Below the pieces are notes generated by a model, which saw nothing but the letters and a program-made list of their open reading frames with translations, was not told where the DNA came from and made no database searches. From positions 127,608 to 191,607 of the forward strand of contig JAFUTC010000004.1 of NCBI GenBank assembly GCA_017471505.1: DNA of 64,000 bases, in the 5' to 3' direction. Both the position numbers and the translations under genes were made by a program. This DNA comes from Alloprevotella sp. Lineage in GTDB: Bacteria > Bacteroidota > Bacteroidia > Bacteroidales > Bacteroidaceae. Below are positions 1 through 12,262 of the stretch, piece by piece. The number at the start of each line of letters is the position of its first letter. Position 1 is the first letter of the stretch.

Positions 1-345
1 CAGACAATCGTCCTCGCTCCCGGCAAGGAAGGCGGCAGCGGCGCAACGCATGGCGCTGCCGTTTCCGAAACTGTTGTAGGGCCGATAGTCGGTCGTGTAG
101 AGCCATGCGCGAAACCTTCCGCCATATCCGCGATTCGGATCTTGGCGACAGTGGCTCCAAAGGCTCTCGCCCATATCGCGACCGGTGAGCAGGCTCTCGG
201 CGCAGGCGAACGTGCATACGCTGTCGTCGGTATAGTCGCTGCCGTCGGCCTCGAGGTCTATGAGGTCGTAGTCGGTCTGGGGGTCAAATTCGTAGGTAGA
301 GCCACCGATGTCGCCGATGGCTACGCTTAGCAATAGGTTTTTCAT
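1..345 (-). CDS. ADP-ribosylglycohydrolase (DraG/ARH family), runs off the window edge
   Basis: Not in ORF track. Manual translation from ATG at 345: MKNLLLSVAIGDIGGSTYEF...DYTDDSVCT...RGYGGRF...PYNSFGNGSAMR, showing ARH motifs (GD..G, TDD, GNGSAMR). The ATG overlaps the Nudix stop codon (ATGA). Confidence 0.88.
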   Translation of the reverse strand, partial: MKNLLLSVAIGDIGGSTYEFDPQTDYDLIDLEADGSDYTDDSVCTFACAESLLTGRDMGESLWSHCRQDPNRGYGGRFRAWLYTTDYRPYNSFGNGSAMRCAAAAFLAGSEDDCL

Positions 346-851
346 GGGTTCAGGTTTAGTTGGTCTATGGCATCTTGGAGAATGTCTTGGTGGTCGAAGG
401 CGAGGTCAGGCAAAGCCTCGAGCGCGAACCATCTGGCCTGCCGCGCATCGTCGGCTCCGCGCACCTCGGCCGGTTGGGTCCATCCGCAGAATGCCACGGT
501 GATGGTGTATCCCCGTGGGTCGCGCGTAGGCGAGCCATAGGCGCCCACCTGCCGAAGGCCTGTCAGTTCAAGCCCCGTTTCTTCTTTCAGTTCTCTGCGT
601 GCCGCCGCCTCAAGACTGCTGTCCGGCGCCAGTCCGCCCTCCTCTATCACGTTGACAAATCCGCCCGGCAGCGCCCAGCAACCCTTGTAGGGCTCAATGC
701 CACGCTCCACCAGGAGCACATGTACCTTTCCGTCCAGACGGCAGAATACCACGTTGTCCACCGTGACCGACGGACGAGCGTACTTGTAGGTGTGGGGAAA
801 CGGCAACTCGCTGCGGTATTCGTAGCGGCTGTCCGAAAATTTCGGTTTCAT
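342..851 (-). CDS. Nudix hydrolase (ADP-ribose pyrophosphatase-like)
   Basis: RPSVTVD, WALPGGFV, RELKEETGL, RDPR, ADDA and LAFDH motifs; no C-terminal HTH. Confidence 0.9.
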   Translation of the reverse strand: MKPKFSDSRYEYRSELPFPHTYKYARPSVTVDNVVFCRLDGKVHVLLVERGIEPYKGCWALPGGFVNVIEEGGLAPDSSLEAAARRELKEETGLELTGLRQVGAYGSPTRDPRGYTITVAFCGWTQPAEVRGADDARQARWFALEALPDLAFDHQDILQDAIDQLNLNP

Positions 852-892
852 AGGCTAACGAGTTGAGAGAAACGACGTGCGGATGTGTCATA

Positions 893-900
893 CAAAGATA
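893..900 (-). promoter_or_regulatory. Bacteroidetes sigma-A -7 box for the Nudix-ARH operon
   Basis: caaagata = TATCTTTG on the minus strand, about 40 bp upstream of the ATG. Confidence 0.6.
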
Positions 901-988
901 CGTAAAGTTTGGCTTATGTCCGCCATCAAGGCCCCGTTTGTATGCATACTGCTCTTTATAGATCGGAAAATTTTTGACTTTCCTCGAC

Positions 989-1114
989 TTTGTTAAATTA
1001 TGCTAAAACCACTTTCCATAAGGCGGGCAGAAAATGGCATTATGGAATCGGGAAATGCCATTATGCCGTCGCCAGATTGCCTTATGCAATTTTCGTGCGC
1101 CATAAGGCTATCGG
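989..1114. repeat. Degenerate 21-bp-period palindromic array, about 6 units
   Basis: tttgttaaattatgctaaaac / cactttccataaggcgggcag / aaaatggcattatggaatcgg / gaaatgccattatgccgtcgc / cagattgccttatgcaatttt / cgtgcgccataaggctatcgg. Confidence 0.75.
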
Positions 1115-1429
1115 CGCCTATCACGGCACATTCCGACGAAGAAAACAAACCGCCAACGCCCACGGCATAGGGCTATACGAAAAAAGGCACCCGTCGCCGG
1201 GCACCTTTACTATGACATTGTAAAGATAGTCAATCCTGCCGACTCCGGCAAGATGGCAATTTTCGCTAAACGGTAAGAAATTTTGACAGACCACTATGAA
1301 TTCGGCCGCTTTCTGCCCGATGCGGAAAAACCGAACTACGCACGCGCGCGAAAAGAAATATGGTGGCACGCCTCTTCCCTATCAGAAAAAAACACTGTAT
1401 ATTCGCATCAAACTATAAACCCCATAACC

Positions 1430-2944
1430 ATGTTAACTCCTCAAGACTACGCACAACTTGCCCAAAAACACATTTCGGAGCAACAACTCAACGAACAACT
1501 CGAACACTTCAAGCAGGGATTTCCATACCTAAAACTGGCCGGACCTGCTGAGGTGGGCACCGGCATCTGCCGCTTCAGCGACGACGAGACAGCCCGCTAC
1601 GTCGAAGCCTGGGAGAAAGCCGTCCAGACGCTTAAGACGGTGAAATTCGTGCCTGCGAGCGGTGCCGCCAGCCGTATGTTCAAAGACCTGTTTGCCTATG
1701 TCGATGCCGACTACGAGCATCCGACGACCGACTTCGAAAAGGCCTTTTTCGCCCACATCCGCGACTTTGCCTTCTTCGAGCCACTCAACGACGCCTGCAA
1801 GCGACTTAACGGCGGACGCGACATTGCCGCACTCGTGGCCGACGGCGAAGAGAAAGCCGTGGTCAAGGTCCTGCTCACGTCCGACGGACTCAACTACGGC
1901 CAACTGCCTAAAGGCTTGCTGCTGTTCCATCGCTACGACGCACAGGTGCGCACCGCCGCCGAGGAACACTTGGTAGAAGGCGCACTCTACGCCAAGCAGG
2001 GCGACGGCCGCGTATGCATCCACTTCACCGTATCGGCCGAACACCAGGCACTCTTCGGGCAACTGATTGAAGCAAAGCGCCACGAATACGAACAACTGTT
2101 CGGCGTGAAATTCGACATAAGTTTCTCCCAGCAAAAAAGCAGCACCGACACCGTTGCAGCCACCGCCGACAACGAACCCTTCCGCAACGACGACGGAAGC
2201 CTGCTCTTCCGTCCGGGCGGACACGGCGCACTGATTGAGAACCTTAACGACATCGATGCCGACATAGTGTTCATCAAAAATATCGACAACGTGGTGCCCG
2301 ACCGCCTAAAGCAACCGACCACCGACAATAAGAAATTCATCGCGGGCCTGCTGGCCGTGCTGCGCGAAAAGACCTTCGGCTATCTGCGCATACTGGAGTC
2401 GGGCCGATACACCGACGCGCAGATTGACGAGATGGCAGCCTTCCTGCAGAAAGACCTTTGCTGCGAACTGCCCGACGGACTGACGCGCGCGGAGCTGCCT
2501 GCCGTGCTCCGCGAGAAGTTCAACCGCCCGTTGCGCGTCTGCGGCATGGTGAAGAATGTCGGTGAGCCCGGCGGAGGCCCCTTCCGCGTCGTCAACGCCG
2601 ACGGAACCGTGTCGCTGCAGATACTGGAGAGTTCGCAGATAGACCTCGGCAACGAACAGAGCCGCGCCTTCTTCGAAAAGGGAACCCACTTCAATCCGGT
2701 GGACCTCGTATGCTGCATCAAAGACTACAAGGGCCAACCGTTCCACCTACCCGACTTCGTCGACCCCGCCACAGGATTCATATCGCACAAGAGCAAGGCC
2801 GGACGCGAACTCAAGGCACTTGAGCTGCCGGGCCTTTGGAATGGAGCTATGAGCAACTGGAACACCGTATTCGTGGAAGTACCCCTCATCACCTTCAACC
2901 CCGTAAAAACCGTGAACGACCTCGTTCGCAACGAACATCAATAG
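1430..2944 (+). CDS. DUF4301 family protein (Bacteroidetes NAD-metabolism-associated, nucleotidyltransferase-like)
   Basis: KFVPASGAASRMFKDL, FRPGGHGALIENL, GEPGGGPF, ELPGLWNGAM; start moved to MLTPQD. Confidence 0.85.
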   Translation: MLTPQDYAQLAQKHISEQQLNEQLEHFKQGFPYLKLAGPAEVGTGICRFSDDETARYVEAWEKAVQTLKTVKFVPASGAASRMFKDLFAYVDADYEHPTTDFEKAFFAHIRDFAFFEPLNDACKRLNGGRDIAALVADGEEKAVVKVLLTSDGLNYGQLPKGLLLFHRYDAQVRTAAEEHLVEGALYAKQGDGRVCIHFTVSAEHQALFGQLIEAKRHEYEQLFGVKFDISFSQQKSSTDTVAATADNEPFRNDDGSLLFRPGGHGALIENLNDIDADIVFIKNIDNVVPDRLKQPTTDNKKFIAGLLAVLREKTFGYLRILESGRYTDAQIDEMAAFLQKDLCCELPDGLTRAELPAVLREKFNRPLRVCGMVKNVGEPGGGPFRVVNADGTVSLQILESSQIDLGNEQSRAFFEKGTHFNPVDLVCCIKDYKGQPFHLPDFVDPATGFISHKSKAGRELKALELPGLWNGAMSNWNTVFVEVPLITFNPVKTVNDLVRNEHQ

Positions 2945-6097
<3,153 letters not shown>

Positions 6098-6115
6098 GCA
6101 GCCCTCACTCTCATA

Positions 6116-6157
6116 GCCGCAAACTCGGGACTAACACACTGAGTTTGCGGTTTTTTT
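6116..6157 (+). terminator. Rho-independent terminator
   Basis: ccgcaaactc...gagtttgcgg stem followed by T7. Confidence 0.85.
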
Positions 6158-6200
6158 GTACTGTCCGATTATGAAATTTTGCAATATGTCGGACAACTAT

Positions 6201-6208
6201 TATCTTTG
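6201..6208 (+). promoter_or_regulatory. Sigma-A -7 box
   Basis: TATCTTTG upstream of the CNNM/CBS gene. Confidence 0.6.
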
Positions 6209-6287
6209 CACAATATTGTGCGCCGAAAGCACTTGTGTCTTCCCGAAAAGACCGTTTCGGACGTCACGTTCACCAATTAAACGATTT

Positions 6288-7418
6288 ATGGGCTCATTTC
6301 TTGCGCTTGTTTTCTTAGTAGTATTCATTTCCTTCACTTGCTCGATTCTCGAAGCAGCCCTCCTTTCGACCCCGATGTCGTTCATAACGATGCTCGAAGA
6401 GGAGAAATCGCGGTACGCAACCATCCTCAAAAAGTACAAGCAGGACATCGACAAGCCCATCTCGGCCATCCTGACCATCAACACTATCGCCAACACCGCC
6501 GGTGCCGCAGCAATCGGCGCAGTGGCCCAAGACCTCTGGGGAGCCAACTGGGTTGGCTGGGTGTCGGCCGGACTTACCTTCGTCATTCTCGTTTGTTCGG
6601 AAATCATACCTAAGACGCTCGGAGCAACCTATTGGCGCACCATCATCATTCCCGCCACTCCCGTCATACGCGGCCTGGTTGCCATCACCTACCCCTTTGT
6701 GCTGATGGCAGAGGCCATTACGAGTTTCCTCGACCGCGGCGAAACGCCCCAGTCGGTCAGTCGTGCCGAAGTGTCGGCCATGGTTTCCGTGGCGGCCGAA
6801 GAAGGTGTGTTCGAACAGAAGGAAGACAAGATGCTGCAGAATATGCTGAAACTTTCGCAAGTCAAGGCCCGCGAAATCATGACTCCCAGCAGCGTGGTCG
6901 AAATGGCCGACGAAGAAATGACCCTGCGTGAGTTCCACGCCAACGAGCAGTTCCAAACCTACTCGCGCATACCCGTGTTCAAAGACAACGACGACTTCAT
7001 AACCGGCTACGTACTGCGGCAGACCATTCTCGAGAAACTTTCGGAAGACAAGTTCGACATGACGCTTGCCGACATAGTGCGCCCCATCCTCTCCTTTAGC
7101 GAAGACACCGACGTGTCGGACATCTGGGAGAAGATGCTCGAGAAGAAAGAACACATCTCTATCATCATCGACGAATTCGGCTGCCTGCGTGGCATCGTGA
7201 CGATGGAAGACGTCATCGAGACAATGCTCGGCACCGAGATTGTCGACGAAAAAGACACCGTCACCGACATGCAGGAATATGCCCGCGAGCAATGGAAGGA
7301 AATGCAGCAGCAACAGGCCGAAGACGCCGAGGAAACAGCTGAAGGCACGGCCGAAGGCGACGGCACCGACGAGAAACCGGCCGAAAGCACCGACCCGGCC
7401 GATGCACCGGCCGACTAA
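6288..7418 (+). CDS. CNNM (DUF21)-CBS domain membrane protein (hemolysin/CorC family)
   Basis: CSILEAALLS, SEIIPKTLG, YSRIPV, GIVTMEDVIE; acidic tail; start moved to MGSFLAL. Confidence 0.88.
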   Translation: MGSFLALVFLVVFISFTCSILEAALLSTPMSFITMLEEEKSRYATILKKYKQDIDKPISAILTINTIANTAGAAAIGAVAQDLWGANWVGWVSAGLTFVILVCSEIIPKTLGATYWRTIIIPATPVIRGLVAITYPFVLMAEAITSFLDRGETPQSVSRAEVSAMVSVAAEEGVFEQKEDKMLQNMLKLSQVKAREIMTPSSVVEMADEEMTLREFHANEQFQTYSRIPVFKDNDDFITGYVLRQTILEKLSEDKFDMTLADIVRPILSFSEDTDVSDIWEKMLEKKEHISIIIDEFGCLRGIVTMEDVIETMLGTEIVDEKDTVTDMQEYAREQWKEMQQQQAEDAEETAEGTAEGDGTDEKPAESTDPADAPAD

Positions 7419-7443
7419 CGCCACCCTTCCACAGGAACGTCTG

Positions 7444-7548
7444 GAAATTGCATTATGGGATAGAAAAATTGCATAATCGGATACGAAAATTGCATTATGG
7501 AATCTGCGAATTCCATAATGCAATTTTTTTGTAGCATAATGCAATTTC
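7444..7548. repeat. 21-bp-period palindromic array, 5 units (105 bp)
   Basis: gaaattgcattatgggataga / aaaattgcataatcggatacg / aaaattgcattatggaatctg / cgaattccataatgcaatttt / tttgtagcataatgcaatttc. Confidence 0.95.
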
Positions 7549-9515
7549 TACCGCCGCGGTTTCTTCCGTCCCGCAGGCTTATGCGCACGGCCCTTTCCAT
7601 AATGGCGCGCGCCGGCATCCCGCGGCTCGGGCACCGTGCCCCTATAGCCGCGACCGTAAAGCTTGTCAATCAGGTCGGGACGCCCCATGCGCTGCAGCTC
7701 GCGGATAATCTTCGCACGCTCCTCGCCCTTGTACCAGAAGAAGAACATACGCTGACGCAGTTTTTCGTCGGGCGTCTTGGCCGTAAACACAGGCTCGAGC
7801 GTGTAGGGATGGTAGCCGCTGGCCCATATCGTAGTGCTGACGGTCATCGGCGTAGGCGTGAAGTCCTGCACCTGCTCCAGATGGAAGTCGAGGTCCTTCG
7901 TGAGCGCCGCCAACTCGGCCATGTTCTCCGCGGTACACCCGGGATGGCTGCTGATGAAGTATGGAATGATTTGCTGCCTCAGTCCCGCCTCGCGGTTAAT
8001 CTGGTCGAACACGCGCTTGAACTCGTAGAACAACTTGAACGACGGCTTTCTCATCACGTTCAATACGGCGTCGGACGTGTGCTCGGGTGCAACCTTCAGA
8101 CGCCCGCTTACATGGTGCAGAATCAACTCGCGCGTGTATTCACGGGCATGTCGGTTGCACTCCTCGTCCTTAGACTGGTGCAGAAGCAAGTCATATCTGA
8201 CACCGCTTCCCACGAACGATTTCTTCACTTCAGGCAGCGCGTCCACAGCGCGATAGATGTCGAGAAGCGGCCCATGGTCGGCGTTCAGGTTCGGACACAC
8301 CTGCGGATGGATGCAAGAAGGACGCCGGCACTTCCGACAGACCTCCGCGTTTTTTCCCTTCATGCCGTACATGTTTGCCGAAGGACCTCCAAGGTCGGAA
8401 ATATAGCCCCGGAAATCGGGAAGTTGCGCTATCTTCTTTACCTCGTTCAATATGCTCGTCTTAGAGCGCGAACTGATGAATTTTCCCTGGTGCGCCGAAA
8501 TCGTACAGAAAGAGCAGCCGCCAAAACAGCCGCGGTGCAGACAAACAGAGAACTTTATCATCTCGTAAGCGGGAATCCGCTTTCCTTTATACTTGGGGTG
8601 AGGCAGCCGCGTATAGGGCAGGTCGAAACTATGGTCAATCTGCTCGGTTGTCAAGGGCGGGAACATCGGATTGACCACCAGCATCATGTCGCCAATAGGC
8701 TGCAGGATGCGATGTGGCTCCATGCGGTTGCTTTCTTCCTCCACGTGACGGAAATTTGCCGCGTAGTGCTTCGGGTTGATAAGGCAATCCTCGTGGCTGT
8801 AGAGCACGATGTCGTCCTCCCTAATGCCTCCGGGCACCTCGTCGGGCTTCTCGAGCGTCACCACCTGCCGAATGGGAAAACGGCGCAGCAACTGCCGAAA
8901 CTCCCCTACGGTGGCATACGATTCGCGGCACTCGTGGAGCAGCTTGTCCTCCAAAAGATGGCAAAGCCTTGGCAACGGCATCTCGCCCATACCATATACG
9001 ATGGCGTCCGCGCCACTTTCCACCAGAAAACTCGGACGGATGCGCTGCTCCCAATAATCGTAGTGAGTCACCCTGCGGAGCGACGCCTCAATACCACCGA
9101 GCACCACAGGCACGTCGGGGTACAGTTGCTTGAGAATCTTAGTATATACAAGGCTCGGATAGTCGGGCCGCATGTCATGACGGCCATCCGGACTGTAGGC
9201 ATCCTCGGACCGAAGGCGGCGATTAGCCGTGTACTTGTTTACCATAGAGTCCATCGTTCCCGGCGATATGGCAAAAAACAACCGGGGCTTCCCAAGTTTC
9301 TTGAAGTCCCGGAAATCGCCGTGCCAGTCAGGCTGCGGAACAATTGCCACGCGGAAACCCTCGGCCTCGATAATGCGGCCCACCACTGCCCCGCCGAAAG
9401 AAGGATGGTCGATATAGGCATCGCCCGAAAAGAGTATGACGTCGAGATTTTCCCAACCTCGAAGTTCAACTTCCTTTCGGGTAGTAGGCAAAAAGTCGGT
9501 TAAACGGGCTTCCAA
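7548..9515 (-). CDS. ygiQ: YgiQ family radical SAM protein
   Basis: GDAYIDHPSFG, RGCFGGCSFC (CxxxCxxC), DLGGPSANMY, QVQDFTPTP; TTG start. Confidence 0.92.
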   Translation of the reverse strand: MEARLTDFLPTTRKEVELRGWENLDVILFSGDAYIDHPSFGGAVVGRIIEAEGFRVAIVPQPDWHGDFRDFKKLGKPRLFFAISPGTMDSMVNKYTANRRLRSEDAYSPDGRHDMRPDYPSLVYTKILKQLYPDVPVVLGGIEASLRRVTHYDYWEQRIRPSFLVESGADAIVYGMGEMPLPRLCHLLEDKLLHECRESYATVGEFRQLLRRFPIRQVVTLEKPDEVPGGIREDDIVLYSHEDCLINPKHYAANFRHVEEESNRMEPHRILQPIGDMMLVVNPMFPPLTTEQIDHSFDLPYTRLPHPKYKGKRIPAYEMIKFSVCLHRGCFGGCSFCTISAHQGKFISSRSKTSILNEVKKIAQLPDFRGYISDLGGPSANMYGMKGKNAEVCRKCRRPSCIHPQVCPNLNADHGPLLDIYRAVDALPEVKKSFVGSGVRYDLLLHQSKDEECNRHAREYTRELILHHVSGRLKVAPEHTSDAVLNVMRKPSFKLFYEFKRVFDQINREAGLRQQIIPYFISSHPGCTAENMAELAALTKDLDFHLEQVQDFTPTPMTVSTTIWASGYHPYTLEPVFTAKTPDEKLRQRMFFFWYKGEERAKIIRELQRMGRPDLIDKLYGRGYRGTVPEPRDAGARHYGKGRAHKPAGRKKPRR

Positions 9516-9527
9516 AAATATAGTGTT

Positions 9528-12053
9528 TTATCGTAGGTCAACGACAGTGATTCCTGCCCCGCCCATCTGGACGTGCTCGTCCGAGAAAGACTTGACGCCG
9601 GGTACGGTCTGCAGGTATTTCCTTACCAGGTCGCGCAACGCACCTGTTCCCGTGCCGTGGAGTATGCGTACTCGCTTCTGCTCCAACAGTATGGCATCAT
9701 CAATGAAATGGGCAATCTCGTCAAGAGCGTCATCTCCGCGCAGACCGCGCAGGTCTATCTCCGGACGGAACTGCAGTTTGCGGTTATAGACGGCTTCCCT
9801 GGTCTGCTTACTTATGAATGTCGAGGTGACCGACAAGTTATTCTGCACCGGCTTCGATGCTTTTTCGAGGCGCGCCAGTGCCACGTTCGTGGTCATCACT
9901 CCAAACAGCACACGGGCTTGCTTGGCCGACAACTCCTGTATTTGTCCGACCGAATTCTGCCCTTGCAGCCGCACATAGTCGCCCACTTCGAAATCGACCG
10001 TCTTATGGGGCTTGGCGCCTGCATGGCTGTGCACCGCTGTGGCAGCGCCTTGCACGGCCGCCACCTTATTGGCCTCGCTGCGCTTATCGTTCTTTCGCTG
10101 CTGACGCCGCTTCACTTTCTCCAGTTTACGCTTTATCTGCTCCTCATCTGCGGAGTCGTGAAGGATTTGGTCTTTGTATTCGTTGAGTTCCTGGCGCAAT
10201 TTCTGCGTGCGCTCCTTCTCTGCCTGCGCTTCCTTAATGGCCCGGATTGTATTCTCAATCTTTGCGTTCGACTCCTTAAGTAGCGTCTCGGCTTCAGCCT
10301 TGGCGCGGTCCATAACGCGCTTGCGCTCCTCACGGAACTGCTCCAGTTCGCGCTCGTAGTTATTCAGCGAAGCCTCAAGTTGCTTCTCCTGGGTGTGAAC
10401 CTTTTGGCGCTTGTTTTCCCAATACATCTTGTCGCGCGCTATGTCTTGCAGATACTTGTCGCTCATAACGTAATCGCGCCCGACAAGGTCTTCAGCGTAT
10501 TCTATCACGTCGCTGGGAATTCCTATCTTCTTTGCAATTTCAATGGCGAAACTGCTTCCGGGGTGTCCGATACGCAAAAGGAACAAAGGCTTCATCTGAG
10601 CGCGGTCGTAGAGCATGGCAGCGTTCACTACCGTTGGGCTGGATTCGGCAAAGCGCTTCAGATTTTGATAATGGGTGGTGATAATGCCATACACCTCGTT
10701 CTGAACGAAGCGGTTCATAATGGCTTCGGCCATTGCCCCACCGATTTGTGGCTCTGTGCCGCCACCAAATTCGTCGACCAATAATAGCGATTTCGGACCG
10801 CCCCGTCGCATCATCATTTTCAAGCCAAGAAGATGGCTGCTGTAGGTAGAAAGCTCGTTCTGCAAGTCTTGTTCGTCGCCAATCGATATGAAGATATCTT
10901 CGAAGATGCCTACCGTTGAATTTTCGGACATAGGTACGGGCATGCCGCATTGTACCATGTATTGCAACAACCCTACCGTTTTCAGACAAACCGATTTTCC
11001 GCCCGCGTTCGGACCGGAAATCAGCAGGATTCTCTGTTTTCCGCGCAAAGAGATGTCGAGAGGCACCTGCTTGCTATTATGGCGGTGGAGCGATTGCTGC
11101 AGAAGCGGATGAATGGCTTGGACCCAATCGATGGCGGGATAGTTCTTCAGTTCGGGCACAATAGCCTCGAACGTCTCGGAAAAGTTGGTCAGCGCTCTCA
11201 GATAGTCGATGTGGGCCAGGAAATGGAGCGACTGGAGCATATCCGTGGCAAACGGACGCACTTCGTTGGTCAGTTCAATCAGAATACGGACTATCTCGCG
11301 CTTTTCTGCCGACTTCAGTTCGCGAATCTTATTGTTCGCATCGACAACTGCGGCTGGTTCGATGAAAACCGTCTTGCCCGTGGCGCTTTCATCGTGGATG
11401 ATGCCCTTTATCTTACGCTTCAGCGCCGGAGCAACGGGTATCACCAGTCTTCCATCACGCAACGTGGGCGTAACATCGCGGTCTATGTAACCTTCCTTTT
11501 GGGCCTCGGAGATTATCGTACGCAGACTGTGGGAAATTCCTCGGGTAGTGACCTCTATGTTATGGCGTATTTGCAGCAGGTCGGACGAAGCAGTGTCTTT
11601 CACCTTGCCGTATTTGTTGAGCACGGCATCTACGCGCTTGATGAACGCGGGAAAAGTCTTCACGTCACTGACCATCTGGGTCAGAGCAGGGTACTTCGGT
11701 TCGTTGTCCTCATTGGTCTGCTGAAAGAAATTGACCAAATCGCACACGCTGGTTAGCGATCGCTTCAAATCGAAGAGTTCCAGTTCCTCCAGATAGGTGC
11801 GTTCTGGCCTAATACGCAGGAGCGGCTGTCTTACATCGAAAAAGTTTTCCTCGTAAATATCCTCTTGCTCGTCAGTAAAGCGGGCAAAATCGCGCGCCTC
11901 CGACAAATTGCGCACAATCTCGGCATAGTCGGTAGAGAACCTAAGCCGGTTGTCCACCCACTCAGTGCCAAGCGTCGACATGCACCGCCCTTTGAGCTGT
12001 GTCCTTATTTCGTCGAAGCCTATCTTATGTTCAAAATTGTCGGGAAATATCAT
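9528..12053 (-). CDS. mutS2: MutS2 endonuclease/ATPase with Smr domain
   Basis: GPNAGGKS Walker A, DEFGGGTEP, C-terminal IDLRG...ILHGTGTG Smr domain; start moved to MIFPDNFE. Confidence 0.93.
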   Translation of the reverse strand: MIFPDNFEHKIGFDEIRTQLKGRCMSTLGTEWVDNRLRFSTDYAEIVRNLSEARDFARFTDEQEDIYEENFFDVRQPLLRIRPERTYLEELELFDLKRSLTSVCDLVNFFQQTNEDNEPKYPALTQMVSDVKTFPAFIKRVDAVLNKYGKVKDTASSDLLQIRHNIEVTTRGISHSLRTIISEAQKEGYIDRDVTPTLRDGRLVIPVAPALKRKIKGIIHDESATGKTVFIEPAAVVDANNKIRELKSAEKREIVRILIELTNEVRPFATDMLQSLHFLAHIDYLRALTNFSETFEAIVPELKNYPAIDWVQAIHPLLQQSLHRHNSKQVPLDISLRGKQRILLISGPNAGGKSVCLKTVGLLQYMVQCGMPVPMSENSTVGIFEDIFISIGDEQDLQNELSTYSSHLLGLKMMMRRGGPKSLLLVDEFGGGTEPQIGGAMAEAIMNRFVQNEVYGIITTHYQNLKRFAESSPTVVNAAMLYDRAQMKPLFLLRIGHPGSSFAIEIAKKIGIPSDVIEYAEDLVGRDYVMSDKYLQDIARDKMYWENKRQKVHTQEKQLEASLNNYERELEQFREERKRVMDRAKAEAETLLKESNAKIENTIRAIKEAQAEKERTQKLRQELNEYKDQILHDSADEEQIKRKLEKVKRRQQRKNDKRSEANKVAAVQGAATAVHSHAGAKPHKTVDFEVGDYVRLQGQNSVGQIQELSAKQARVLFGVMTTNVALARLEKASKPVQNNLSVTSTFISKQTREAVYNRKLQFRPEIDLRGLRGDDALDEIAHFIDDAILLEQKRVRILHGTGTGALRDLVRKYLQTVPGVKSFSDEHVQMGGAGITVVDLR

Positions 12054-12189
12054 GTTGCGGCGGTCCGTAATGCCGTGGACCATGAGGCATATTCTTTCTT
12101 GAGTCGCAAATTTACGATTTTTCTGCGGAATTTGGAAATCATTTGACGCCATAGTGGCATCGGTCGGCTGAAGTGTTTTCCACAATCCT

Positions 12190-12235
12190 AAAAAAAGACC
12201 TGTCCGAAGCAAGACTTATGCTCGCTTCGGACAGG
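12190..12235 (-). terminator. Rho-independent terminator after the metalloprotease
   Basis: cctgtccgaagc...gcttcggacagg stem with an A-run on the left (U-tail on the minus strand). Confidence 0.8.
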
Positions 12236-12262
12236 CGTGTTATCTCAGTCGGAATCAACCTG

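Noticed and set aside
990-1223. 77-aa ORF with heptad H/Y periodicity, and similar ORFs over the other arrays
   Set aside because: The periodicity is a by-product of the DNA repeat; start positions and strands are inconsistent among arrays.
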